NCBI RefSeq assembly: GCF_963921235.1
Contig: NC_086108.1
Span: forward strand, 38,752,001 to 38,816,000
DNA: 64,000 bases
DNA from: Mobula hypostoma
Lineage: Eukaryota
Direction: 5' to 3'
Position 1 is the first letter of the stretch. Each line of letters starts with the position of its first letter. This document shows positions 1 to 12,490 of this stretch, in pieces. Below the pieces are notes generated by a model. The model saw nothing but the letters and a program-made list of their open reading frames with translations, was not told the DNA's origin and searched no databases. Position numbers and translations under genes: made by a program.

Positions 1-1790
1 CAGGTGATCTATGACTGTGTGAAGAGTCATTGAGATTGCATCTGTCGTAGACCTATTGTGATAATAAGCAAATTGCAGTCGGTCCAGATCCTTGCTGAGG
101 CAGGAGTTCATTCTAACCATGACCAATCTCTCAAAGCACTTCATCACTGTATATGTGGGTGCTACGGGATGATAGTCATTAAGGTAGCTCACACTACTCT
201 TCTTAGGCACTGGTATAATTGTTGCCTTTTTGAAGCAGGTGGGAATTTCTGACTGGAGCATTGAGAGGTTGAAAATGTTCTTGAATATCCCTGCCAGTTG
301 GTTGGCACAAGATTCAGAGCCCTACCAGGTACTCCATTGGGGCCTGCCGCCTTGCAAGGGATCATCCTCCTTAAAGACAGCCTAACATCATCCTCCGAGA
401 CAGAGACACAGGGTCACTGGGTGCAGCATGGATCTGCGCAGCTGTAGTATTCTCCCTTTCAAAGCGAGCATAGAAGGCACTGAGCTCATCTGGTAGTGAA
501 GCATCACTGCCATTCATGCTATTGAATTTCACTTTGTAGGAAGTAATGCCTTGCAAACCCTGCAGAGTTGATGTGCATCCTATGTCGCCTCCAAACTCGC
601 TTGCAACTGACTCCTTGCTCTTGAAATTGCCCTCCACAAGTCATACCTGGTTTGCTTGTACAGATCTGGGTCACCAGACTTAAATGCCACACAGCTAGCC
701 CTCAGGAAATGACGTACCTCCTGGTTCATCCATGGCTTTTAGTTTGAGAATGTACAGCAAGTTTTCATAGGCACACACTCATCCACACAGGTTTTAACGA
801 AGTCAGTAACAAATGCGGCATACTCATCCAGATTCGAAGATTAATCCCTGAATACAGTCCAGTCCACCAATTCAAAGCAGTCCTGTAAGCACTCCTGTGA
901 TTCCCTTGTTCATACCTTCTTGCTCCTCACTACCAGCGTTGCAGTCTTCAGTCTCTGCCTATACTCAGGGAGTAGAAGTACAGCCAGGTGATCAGACTTT
1001 CCGAAGTGCAGGCGTACACGGTGGGTATTCTTCATGGTGGTGTAACAGTGAACCAGTGTGTTGTTTCCTCTGGTACTACAAGTTATTTGTTGATGGTAAT
1101 TAGTGATTTTTTTTCAAGCTGGTCTGGTTAAAATCTCCCACAATGACAGTGAATGCTTCAGGGTGTGCTGTTTCATGCCATGTTGACCCCTTTGCTCCGA
1201 TCATCTGACGCCTATTTGACATCAGCCTGAGATGGAATGTACACCACTACCAAAATGATCATAGAAATCTCCCATGGCAGGTAAAATGGACGGTAAAACT
1301 AATTGCAAGATATTCAAGGTCTAGTGAGCAGAACAGGGAAACACTGATAAATTTGTGCACCAAGAGGATTTGATCATGAGGCGTACACCTCCACCTCTGC
1401 TTTTGAGAGATTCAACAGCCCTATCCTGACGGTGTATACTAAACCTGTCAATCTGAATCACTGCATCCGGTACAGAAGGGATTAACCAGGATTCTGTGAA
1501 ACAAAGGATGTACAAGGTCTTAATATCCCTCTGATACTGCACCCTAACTCTGAGAACTTCGATTTTGTTTACCAGAGGCTGTATGTTTGCCAGCAAAATA
1601 ATCGGTATTGGGAATGTAAAACCATTTCCTTAAACACACTTATACCCCTGACCTGCAGCCACTTTTCCTACATGGAATCCAGCAAGAAGTACTGCCACAA
1701 TCACCATTGTTTCCACTGGTTTTAAGCAGTGAGTTTATTAACCATCCCCAAAAGCCCTTGAGGATGGCAGTAAGCTACTTTTGCGAAATA
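1..1790 (-). mobile_element. Degenerate non-LTR retrotransposon (Rex/Babar-like LINE): APE endonuclease and start of RT region
   Basis: Minus ORF 1321-1596 reads LANIQPLVNK...LCFTESWL...HRQDR...GGGV, an APE endonuclease N-terminus. ORF 371-637 has LPDELSAFYARFE. Positions 1-420 resemble the copy at 23800-24205. Boundaries approximate. Confidence 0.8.
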
Positions 1791-2582
1791 CTATTCCTCC
1801 ATGTGAAAGTACAACTGTTATGAACATAAAACTAATCAAAAGTAAAACTTGTGTATGTTTTTACTTTAGTGAATCCTGCACTTTAAATTGTCCCACTAAG
1901 GCCTGAAGATTTAATCCTGTGGAAGATTTCTTACTCTTGTGGGATAATGTCTTTCCTGACAAGGTTGGGGGGGAGGCAGTCACTCTTATTGGCAGATAAG
2001 ACTTTTGGCTATGAAACAATCTCAGGTTCTGCGCCCGACTCCATGTGGTTGTAAAAGTTGACCTTGGGACTACAGGAAGTGGTTTTGACTACTCTGGACA
2101 TCTTTTTTCTGTATATGTTGGCTTCCTGAACAGTGCAGCAGACAAAGCTTGAAGCCAATGCTTTCATGTTGACCACGCCCAGATGATCGGCATATAGTTC
2201 CTCAAACATTCAGCTTGAACGGTACAACAACTGTTAAATCCCCTCATAAGGCAACTCCCCTCAAAGGCAAATTCATTCCAGAACTTGTAAAATGGGGTAT
2301 CTGGAGGTTACAGATATCTGCTGCACATTCTAGTCAGCTTGAGTGACCACAGAGACCTGAGACACTGTGAGGTCTTTTCTGGATTCCCATTGGATCATCT
2401 CTGCTGTAATAGGGAGACTTTCAGTTTGCATTAGGGAGAATATGTCAAAAGTGTCCACTCTTGTAAAATTTTCAGGTATTTCCTTTTCCAAGGGTAAAGG
2501 GGACAATCCCTCAGCATTTCTATAATTATCCTCTTGGATTCAACCTTGTAATTGTGTCGCCCAAGAAATAGGGCCCATCTCT

Positions 2583-3200
2583 ACACTTAAGATTATGAAG
2601 ACACGCAGTCCTCTTTTATTGTCATTTAGTAATGCATGCATTAAGAAATGATACAATATTTCCTCCAGTGTGATATTACAAAACACAGGACAGACCAAGA
2701 CTGAAAAAACTGACATAACCACATAATTAAAACATATAGTTACACCAGTGCAACAATACCATAAATTGATGACGAAGTCCATGAGCACAGTAAAAGTTCA
2801 AAGTCTCTCAAATGTCCCACATGTCACGCAGACAGGAGAAGGAAGAACTCTCCCTGCCATGCCAACCACAGTCTGACTCGTGAGTCATCAGAAAACTTCG
2901 AGCTCTGATCAGCTCTCCGACACCGAGTACTGAGCACCATCTCTGTCCGAACGATTCGACCTCAATCTCGGTCGCCAACAGCAGGCAACGCCGGGGATTT
3001 TGAGGCCTACTCTCCGAAAGTTTCCCAACCACGCAGTAACGACAGCAGCGAACGAGCGTTTCAGAAATTTCTCCAGATGTTCCTCCGTGCTTTCACGTCC
3101 CTCTCCATCAAATCAGAATTGTCCACGACCCCTATTTAACGGATATGATATCATTTTTCACCGGAGGGCTGTGCACACGTGGTGCACTGCTCTCTCTCCT
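2583..3200 (-). mobile_element. Non-autonomous retroposon inserted in the Gypsy RNase H region
   Basis: Interrupts otherwise contiguous Gypsy pol sequence. The left end has a TTTTATTGTCATT tail signature typical of LINE-mobilised 3' ends read in reverse. No coherent ORF. Confidence 0.5.
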
Positions 3201-4474
3201 CCTGCCGAGTGGTGCTGGTGTCAGTGAAACACCCTTCCGTGAATTGAAAATGGACACTAGTGGTTGATGAACAGTAATGAAGGTCAACTCTCTCCCATAC
3301 AAGTACTGGTTAAAACATTTTATACCTCAAACCAGACTCAAGGCCTCACTGTCAATCTGTGTGTAACTTTTCTCTGCAGCAGTAAGGGAGCATGATGCAA
3401 AGCCTATGTGGCATTCACATCCATTACTCATACCATGTGACATGACCGCACCTATACCATAAGGCAAGATGCCACTGGCAAGCTTCCTGGGACGATGTAG
3501 ATCATAACATGTAAGTAAAGTGTCTGATGCCACCATTTTCTTTCACCTCACACTACTTAGTCCAGTGCCATTTCTTCCCAATTGGTAGTAATGAGTTCAA
3601 GAGGTGAAGCAAGTAGCTGGGTTTGGCAGGAATCTGTTATAATAACTGACAAATCCTAGAAGTGACCACAGTTGTGACACATCTTTGGCACTGCTTGAAT
3701 ATTCTCAACATACTTGCGTAATTTGTGTGCATCAATGGTGTCTCCGCAGTAAATGATGCTTGCTTTAAAGAATTCACACTTTTTAATGTTGTGCTCTGAA
3801 ACAACATTCTTCCTATATTTTTAACACTGTCTTGAGATTTAGGAGATGTTCCTTGTCGTACTGACTGGTAACAATGATGTCATCCGGGTAACACTGAGTG
3901 CCTTGGCAGCCTTGCAGCACCTGGTCCATAGCTTTCTATCAGAGTGCAGGTACAAATGCTATTCCAGAAATAAGCCTGTTATAGCGATAAAGCTCTTTGT
4001 GAGTGTTAATGGTGAGAAACACATTCTTCTTCCATCTCATCTGTAGGTAGGCTTCAACTAAGTCCACTTTGCTGAAGTGTTCCCCTCCAGAATGGTTTGC
4101 AAATATATTCTCTATCCTGGGCAGAGGATATTGATCTACTTTTAATACTGGGTTAACGGTGACCTTAAAATCACCAGATTCTGACAGACCCATTCTTCTT
4201 GGTTACTGGGACTACTGGTGTTGCTCATGTGTTGCACTCAAACTTGGAATGAATTCCTTCAGTTTCCATGCAATCTAGCTTACCATCTTTATTATGGATA
4301 GTACAAGGAACCAGACAGGCTTTAAAAAACTTCGGTGTGGCATTTTCAGTTAATACTATTTTCCTTTGATAAGTTTTAGTTTTCCAATGCCATTCTTGAA
4401 CACTGTTGTGGTATCATCCAATATTTTTCTTAATTCGCTTTCAGTTGACTCTATTGCAGGGGATGTCGCATGCA

Positions 4475-5213
4475 TGGACTTCAGGCATGCCAGGAGTCAC
4501 ACTCAGGTCCCCATCTACATCAACGGAACTTCAGTGGAGCGTGTATCAAGCTGCAAATTCCTTGGTATCCACACTTCTGAGGATCTCACCTGGTCCCTGA
4601 ACTCCTCCATCCTGATCAAAAAGGCGCAACAGCACCTTTATTTCCCGCGGAGCATGAAGAAAACTCATCTCTGTCCCAGGTTACTGTCGAACTTTTACCA
4701 CTGTACCACTGAGAGCATAGTCACCAACTGCATCTCAGTGTGGTATGGCAACTGTCCCGTATCAGACAGCAAAGCACTCCAGCGTGTGGTGAAAACTGCC
4801 CAGTGGATTATCGGCACCCAATTGCCCACCATTGAGAACATCTACCATAAACGCTGCCTGGGCAGGGCGAAAAGCGTTATCAGGGATGCATCTCACCATA
4901 ACCATGGACTTTTTATTCTCCTCCCACCCGGTAGGCGCTACAGGAGCCTCCGCTCCCACACCAGCAGGCACAGGAAGAGCTTCTTCCCTGAGGCTGTGAC
5001 ACTGATGAACCTCTCATCACAGCGCTAAGCAGTATTGCATCCGTATTGTACTGTCTCATACTTTTATATTTGTGTGCTGTAGCACTTTTTTTATTCACAG
5101 TTAGTTTGTAAATAACACTATCCTTTGCATTTCTGGTCAGATACTAAATGCATTTCATCGGCTTTGTATCTGTACTCGGCACAATGACAAGACAGTTGAA
5201 TCTAATCTAATCT
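4475..5213 (+). mobile_element. 5'-truncated Rex/Babar-like LINE 3' end
   Basis: C-terminal ORF2 motifs (KFLGIH...DLTWS...KKAQQHLYF...ESIVTNCISVWYGN...LPPGRRYRS) and a (TCTAA)n tail. It splits the Gypsy sequence ...GTCGCATGCA | AAATGATGGATGG... Confidence 0.85.
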
Positions 5214-5670
5214 AAAATGATGGATGGATCTCCAATCAAGTTGTACAGTCGCACACACAAGCCCATTGTGGCTTGTTGTTTGTTATATTTCACTGTTACA
5301 AATTTCATTCCACGGGAGTTATCTTTTATCCAGTATAAGATCTCCATTGGATATCAGCAGGCCTCATTACAGTATCTTTGAAATGCCGTTCAAACGTATT
5401 TTGTGAAATAACTAAAACAGCCGAGCCAGTGTCCAATTTCATTGGAATTAATTTGCCGTTCACTTCTGATGTAAACCATATTGCTTGTCTCTTGTTAAGT
5501 TTACACACTGTAAATCTGAAGGCTACCCAGTCATGTGTTACTCTCATCATTATTTGATTTTTCATCAACAGCATACAGATCAGTGCTCTTGTTGAAACCG
5601 CAAATTGACTTTTTATCTTTTTCCCTGTACAGTAAATTTATTTTTGTCTGCCTGATATGCTCTTTGTATG

Positions 5671-6337
5671 AATGAACTTTATCACTTATATCCTTCATAT
5701 ACATGAAGCATAAAAATCTTTACATTATGTCTCCGCCTAAATGTGCAATTTATAGTAATTTATAATAAATAATATGTACAACAGAATAGCCAATATAACA
5801 TAGAAATACAGTTGTGTCAGCATGAGTTAAGCAGTCTGATGGCCTGGTGGAAGAAGCTGTCCCAGAGCCTGTTGGTCCTGGCTTTTATGCTGCGGTACTG
5901 TTTCCCAGATGGTAGCAGCTGGAACAGTTTGTGGTTGGGGTGACTCGGGTCCCCAATGATCCTTCGGGCCCTTTTTACATAGCGGTCTTTGTAAATGTCC
6001 TGAATAGTGGGAAGTTCACATCTGCAGATGCACTGGGCTGTCCGCACCACTCTCTGCAGAATCTTGTGATTGAGGGAAGTACAGTTCCCATACAAAGCAG
6101 TGATACAGCCAGTCAGGATGCTCTAAATTGTGCCCCTATAGAAAGTTCTTAAGATTTGTGGGCCCACAGCAAACTTTTTCAAGCGTCTGAGGTGAAAGAG
6201 GTACTGTTGTGCCTTTTTCACCACATAGCCGGTATGTACAGACCACAACAGGTCCTCGATGATGTTTACGTTGAGGAAATTAAAGCTGTTCACCTTTTCA
6301 GCCCCAGATCCATTGATGTCAATAGGGGCTAGCCTGC
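5671..6337 (-). mobile_element. 5'-truncated Rex/Babar-like LINE 3' end
   Basis: ORFs 5817-6095 and 6123-6340 carry the same C-terminal ORF2 motifs. It interrupts the Gypsy gag zinc knuckle (CRKCN..GH). Confidence 0.85.
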
Positions 6338-6602
6338 GTCCTATTATGTTGCATTTTCTACAAGTTTTGCTTTCAAACCTGCATTGATCTGGTACATATG
6401 AGCCCCTGCCACAATGGCAAGACAATTTGTTTGGCCAGTCAGGTTTCTATTTAGACATTGCAATCCTGAACACGCTCACTTTCATTCCTGACTCCAATTC
6501 AATTGCGTCTCTGGCTGCTGTTTCCATTGATACAGCAATTTTAACTGCTCTTTTAAGTGTGAGTTGTGCTTCAGTTAGGGACTATTTTTGAATGCTTCTT
6601 TG

Positions 6603-7173
6603 TGTAATGTGCTGTAAGGTTTCACTGCTAATGTAATGGTCTCTCTGTAATGGTTCACTGCTAAGGTAATGGTTTCTCTATAGCAGCAATATTTGAGTTA
6701 TGACTAGAGATAACGGGGCTTTGGAATGTGCGCTATCCAATAAGAGGCATGTTGTTCTTTTTTGTGGGTCTGGGAGCAGGAATTTCACGGTCTTTTGTTG
6801 GTGAGAGATGAAGAGAGAAGACGCAAATGGAAAGAGTTGGTAGACTGGCGGATGGAGTGGGCATGGAGTGAAGGTCGACGGTCAGCGATGCTCAGAGGTC
6901 GATGGGGAACGAATGGACAAATCCAACATGCACATTGGACTGTTTCATTAAAATGGGCCCTTTTTCATTTTATTTTCTTTACTAACCACATAGTCAGATT
7001 AAGATTTATAATGTTCAATCATTAAACTGCATACAGTGTACAGTCTGATATTTTGCAGTTCAGATTTGTAACCGGGCAACACATCACGCATTACCCATGA
7101 GATCTTCAGTTTGGCTGGGCCAAAAGTTGTCTTCCCCGAGACAAATGCATGCTGGCCGAACCTGAGGGTTACA
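6603..7173 (+). repeat. 5' LTR of the PNMA-type Gypsy element
   Basis: Direct repeat of 11043-11578 with TG...CA termini. It has a short internal duplication near 6610-6680. Confidence 0.93.
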
Positions 7174-7177
7174 ATTG

Positions 7178-7196
7178 TGGGGGCTCGCTCCGGGAT
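7178..7196 (+). promoter_or_regulatory. Primer-binding site, tRNA-Pro type
   Basis: TGGGGGCTCGCTCCGGGAT matches the canonical tRNA-Pro PBS TGGGGGCTCGTCCGGGAT with a 1-nt insertion. It starts 4 nt after the LTR end. Confidence 0.85.
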
Positions 7197-10100
7197 TGAT
7201 TCGGTTGGATGCTGTGTGATTGCCCTGAGCATTGAACCAGTGTGAAGAGTGAGAATTCTGAGGTAGCATCGCCCCTTACCTCTCTGGCGAATAAACGGAA
7301 AAATGCCCAGGTTCAAAGTCCCAGCTATGGTAGGCTCTGCCTATTCTCTGGAATAACGCTCAACCCTAAAGGGGAAGAGAAGTATGAGACTTGGGTGGAG
7401 CAGACCTCTCAGTTGTTAGATGAGTGGCAGTGCTCTGATGACGTAAACCAACAGAGATTGGCTGATGCGGTGAGAGCTGTGAAAACACGCCAACCCTTAG
7501 CTAATATTGCTGATTATCTGGGCACATTGGAGAGTGCCTTTGGTATGATAGGGAGCCCACTGGGTTCATGGTGGGGTTTCAGAATATTTGTCAGGGGAAG
7601 TGGGAGAAGCTTTCTGCTACATTTTTCAGCTAGAGAGGCAGTTAAATTGCTTGCGGCGCAGAGGGGTCATTTAGGCGGCAGAGGTGGATCAGTTAAGAGT
7701 GGACCAGGTAACCAGGGGCGCCCAGTCCCAGGACCTGATTGCTTGGGGTCTCCAACAGTCTTGTAAGACGTGCTCCCCTCTCTCTTGTGTTGAGCTGATC
7801 AGAGAGGTACGGGAGGAGCAGGATGTGTCAGAGGCGCGGGAGGGCTCTGTCAGCAGGGTATAGTCCTCGATAGTAGCCCCTTGTGGTGACGTGACCACGG
7901 ATAGCCTGCCCTGGGGAGTGGTAGAGGAGACTGTGGCAGAGTTGAAAACTCAGATGTCTTGGCTGTTATCAGCAAGTGTGACCCCTCCCCCCCAATATGA
8001 TGGAGCTGATGGGGGGGGGGGGCGGATTCCCTAAGACGAAAAATATGGAGGGCTGCTACCAGCTGATGTCACGCGAGGAGAGTGAGCCCCCGGGTACGTA
8101 AGCAGAGAGAGTTGTTGGGAAAACTTAGAGGAGACTCAGTGAGGGAACGGTCTGGTGTCTCTGGGGAAACACGTTCCCAGCAATATGCCTAAGGAACATC
8201 TGAAAGCGAAAGACCCTACTCCTGAAGGTTTAGTGGGACCATGCTCCTGTGTGTCGCTATGGATAGAGGGTATTTATGCTAAAGCCATACCCAACACCGG
8301 GTCGCAAGTCAGTTGTTGTACCATTCGTTTTACAACTGGTATCTGAAGCATTTACCATTGACACCATTCGGGGCACTGGAGATCTGGGGTCTCAGTGCCA
8401 GTGATTATCCATACGACTGTTATTTGTCAATGAAGCTGGAGTGCTCGGAGGCCGATGTGGGAATGGCTGCATTGGGTTGGATACCAAATTTAGACAAGGG
8501 ACTGTGTGGTTCACCCAGTCGAAGCCAATGGTGGTACAGTCCAAGGAAGTGAGAGTGATGGGGACCCCCAAATTTCCCAGAGGCCCTGAGGGCAAGGCCC
8601 TCTTAGTGGACGCTCCGGAAGATCACAAGGGGGTGTCGGGATTTCCTGCTGGGGTACTGGTGAGGCCCAAAATGCAGAAGCCCTCGGTTGTACAGGCAAG
8701 CAGGATGGCAGTGATTATCAGGAACACTACGAAGAGGAAGGTCACCTTCAAGTGGGGGATGCCCCTGGTGCATTTGTTCCCAGTGACAGTAATGTCTAGT
8801 GTCCCTGTGAGGCACGCCGGGGAGAAACTATTGGAAAAAGGGGGAAAGTTGACCACTGAGTCGTTCAACTTTGTGGACTCTCTGGTTCCTGCGGGTTGAA
8901 AAAAGAGGTTGGTAGAGAAGATGTTAAAGCTGGAAGGTGTCTTTCCCAGTGATGAGTTTGATGTGGGTTGTTCCAAGAGCACTCATCACACTATCCGGGT
9001 GACCGAGGACACCCCGTTTAGAGAGAGGTCATGGTGACTGGCCCCTGCAGAGGTGAAAGACGTTCGGCAGCATTTGTGTAAGTTGAAGGAAGCTGGGATC
9101 ATCACTGAGTCCCAAAGCCTCTATGCGTCCCAACAGTAGTGGCCCGAAAGAAGAATGGGAAGGTACGGATGTGCGTGGACTATAGGACTCTGAACAGGTG
9201 CACCATCCCTGACCAGTATACAGTCCCGAAAATCAAAGACGCACTGGCCTGTATGAGTGGTGAGAAGTGGTTCAGTGTGCTGGACGAGGAGTGGATATTA
9301 CCAGATCGCTGTGAGTGAGGCCGACAAAGAGAAGACTGCATTTATATGTCCCCTGGGATTCTTCCAGTTCGAGAGGATGCCCCAGGGCATCTCGGGAGCC
9401 CCTGCAACCTTCCAGCGGCTCCTGGAGAAGACGGTGGGGGATATGAACTTGCTCCAGGTATTGGTGTATCTGTATGACCTCACAGTGTTTGGATCCACCT
9501 TGGAAGTGCACGAAGCGAGGCTACTGAAGGTGCTGGGCCGCCTGAAAGCTGAAGGGTTAAAGCTTTCGCTGGACAAGTGCCAGTTCTGCCAAACATCTGT
9601 TAGCTAATGAGATGGAGTAGTTACAGGTCTGGGTAAGATAGAGGTGGTTACCACTTGGCCAAGACCCCAGACTGTGAGCGCTCTACGTTGTTCCTCGGGT
9701 TCTGAGGTTACTATCGGAGGTTCATGAAAGGCTACACAAAAGTGACTCAGCCGTTGAATCAGCTTCTGTGCGGTTACCCTCCCTTGGGGAAGAAAGGGAG
9801 GGGAGAAAAGGACAGGAAGGTGGAGAGTATCTTAGCCCATTACAGCCCTTTGGACCAAGGTGGAATGCAAAACGTGAAGAGGCCTTTCAGTCGTTGAAGG
9901 AGCTGCTGACACATGCGCTGGTGCTGGCTTTTGCGGACCCCCGATTGCTGTGTACATTGCACACACAGGCCAGCCGAGAGGGCTTGGAGGGCAGCCTGCA
10001 TCGGATCAGGGCACTGGGTTGAGACCCGTTGGGTTTGTCACCCGGTGTCTGTCACCCTCCAAGAAAAACTATCCCACGCCCAAATTGGAATTCCTGGCGC

Positions 10101-11042
10101 TGAAATGGGTGGTGGTGGATAAGCTGAGTGACTACTTCTACAGGACCAAGTTTGAGGTGAGGACGGACAACAACCCCCTAACTTATATCCTGACCTCGGT
10201 GAAACTGGATGCCAGAGGCCATCAGTGGTTGGTGGCGTTGCCTATCTATGATTTTAGCCTGAAATACCAGCGGGGAAGCTGGAACATTGATGCTGGGGGG
10301 CTAAGCCCTATGTGGTGGGGAGTCAAATGCCAAACCTACCAGTTTTCTGGGTGAAACCTGAGGACGGGAATGGGCCTGTCAAGATTCTCCATCGGAACTA
10401 CCTGCTGTCCCTAGGACAAGCAGGTAGACACAGAGCCCGGCTAGGAGCCTACACCCAGTAAGAAAACTCTGCAGAAACGTGGGGCGACTGCAGGCCCACA
10501 GCAGGAGAGGTTAGGCCGGCCCCCACCCTGGAGAGGGATACCGATTCGGTGATTTGGAGGATGAGGACCTGGATGTGTGGTATATGCTGCCTTTTGCTTA
10601 CTCCCCACTGACTGAGGAAGAGACTTCCAGCCCTTCTCCCGTTGAGTCAGGTGAAGTTGGGGTTGGGAGCTGGGGTGCTATCTGTGGACAGCCTGGATTG
10701 CAGCAGGACCCTTCAAGGGATGAAGCAGGGCTTAGCCACAGGACCGAGTTGCAGGTTGGCACGAGTGATGAGTCGGGGGAGGCCTCGCCAGGTAGACTGG
10801 AAGTATCCACAGTAGTGTCTGAACCTGAAGAGTTAAGTGAGGGGGTATGGAGGTCTCAGAGAATTAGGAAACCCCCAGATAGGCTGGCCTATGTAGCACC
10901 AGGGGAACATAGTGTGACCCCTACTGTTTTGAGGAACTATGTCACTGCCTTTTACACCTGGATTGGACCTTGTGTTTTGCAGGAAGGGTTGACAAATTAT
11001 CTCAACATCATGAGGACATGACTAAATTTGGTGGGGGGAGAG

Positions 11043-11578
11043 TGTAACGCGCTGTAATGTTTCACTGCTAAGGTAATGGTTTCTCTGTAGCAGCAATGTT
11101 TGGGTTAGAGATAACCGGGGATTTGGAATGAGTGCTATCCAATGAGAGGCATGTTGTTCTTTGTGGGTCTGGGAGCAGGGATTTCGCGGTCTTTTGTTGG
11201 CGAGAGATGAAGAGAGAAGACGCGAATGGAAAGAGTTGGTAGACTGGCGAATGGAGTGAGGGTTGACGGTCAGCGAGGCTCGGAGGTCGACGGGGAATGA
11301 ATGAACAAATCTGTGAGCTCCAACGTGCACATTGGACTGCTTCATTAAAAATGGGCCCTTTTTCTTTTTATTTTCTTTACTAACCCCATAGTCAGATCAA
11401 GATTTATAAAGTTCAATCGTTAAATTGCATACGGTGTACCGTCTGATATTTTGTGGTTCGGATTTGTAACCAGGCAACACATCACGCAGCATCCACACAA
11501 ATGAGATTTCTCAGTTTGGCTGGGCCAGAGGCTCTCTTTCCCTAGACAAACTCATGCTGGCTGAGCCTGAGGGTTACA
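11043..11578 (+). repeat. 3' LTR of the PNMA-type Gypsy element
   Basis: Direct repeat of 6603-7173, preceded by a polypurine tract at about 11030-11042. Confidence 0.93.
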
Positions 11579-12229
11579 CTTGCAAAATTCCACAAACTAA
11601 ACAATCTCTCGGCAAATCATCAACAGCAGCACTGAACTGACAACAATCGGACAATCTTTTCAATTCAGCCATATAAGCTGAAGTGGACTCCCTGCCTTTT
11701 GATTTTGCTTACAAAACCTAACTCATTCTTCAATCAACAATGGTTTTGATTCTAAGAGTTCCTGCATTACTTTCATGACACCATCAAAGCTAACTTCAGC
11801 TGATTTAGTTGGAGCAGTCAAACTTCTAAGAAAACCGTATGCTTTTCCACCAACTGCCCTCAGCAAACCTGGCACTTGTTTCTCACTGCCTATTTCATTC
11901 ACTGCAAAATACTGTTCAATTCAGGGAAAACTCATGAACGTTTTGTTTTTACTTTAGTGAGGCACACATTTATTACCTGGTGGCACCCTGACATATGCCA
12001 TTCACGTGCTTTTACACATAACCCATAATGAATTTTGAAAACAACAAAGAATGCTTAATGAAACAATATATTTACAATATTGCTAAAAATTACTGAAATA
12101 TTAAATACACAATAGCTCCCATACTGGTTTCAGGGAGGTTCATGTTTTAGACACAGTAACAAAGAAGAGCTGATATTTGCATTATGCAGTCATGGGTGCA
12201 AACCCACTACTAATGGAAGGAATATCACT

Positions 12230-12490
12230 GAAGAAGTAGCTGAAGTTCGTTTGGCCTAGGGTACTGCCCTGACGAACTCCAAGAATGATATCTTGAGGCT
12301 GAGATAATTAACGTTTGACAACCACAATCACAGCTGTCTGAAGTTTGACTCCAGTGTTTTTTCCTCTAATGCCCAATGACTTCAAGTTTAACAGGGTGTG
12401 CCAATGCTACAGTCAATCAAATTCTACCCTAATGCAAAGGGAAGTCTCTCAGCACTTTGGCCTGTATTGGATCAAGGCTGCAATGAGGTG
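12230..12490 (-). mobile_element. Ancient LINE reverse-transcriptase fragment
   Basis: The minus strand shows a decayed GV(P/R)QGS.LGP-type RT motif (plus strand GGCCTAGGGTACTGCCCTGACGAACTCC). Confidence 0.4.

Larger units (their letters stand above)
6603..11578 (+). mobile_element. Ty3/Gypsy LTR retrotransposon with PNMA-like Gag, internally deleted and pseudogenised
   Basis: Paired LTRs 6603-7173 and 11043-11578 (TGTAA...TTACA), flanks TTTG/CTTG, PBS 7178-7196 and PPT GGTGGGGGGAGAG before 11043. Gag fragment YGRLCLFSG...GEEKYETWVEQ, protease-like NTGSQV, RT (SGYYQI...FERMPQGISGAPATFQR...VYLYD) and RNase H (KLEFLALKW...TDNNPLTY). Confidence 0.93.
1816..12113 (-). mobile_element. Old, fragmented Ty3/Gypsy LTR retrotransposon hosting several nested insertions
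   Basis: Minus-strand remnants in Gypsy order: gag (11580-11930 and 6340-6600, CCHC knuckle), protease LDTGS (5326-5574), RT (VTVNPVLKVDQYPLPRIE...FSKVDL, 3939-4193), RNase H (3327-3536), integrase zinc-binding region (ELYADHLGVVNMKALA, 2009-2209) and pol tail near 1900. LTR remnants at 1816-1872 and 11940-12113 share GTTTTTACTTTAGTGA. Confidence 0.75.

Noticed and set aside
4366..5028. 220-aa ORF as a host gene
   Set aside because: Chance fusion of antisense Gypsy sequence with a LINE ORF2 C-terminus.
7178..7196. tRNA gene
   Set aside because: Only the complement of a tRNA 3' end (a PBS), with no cloverleaf. The same applies to 48606-48617.
10554..11021. 155-aa ORF before the 3' LTR as a possible env gene
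   Set aside because: Acidic and low-complexity with an [13 protein letters not shown] motif typical of Gypsy pol tails. No signal peptide, furin-plus-fusion-peptide arrangement or TM anchor.
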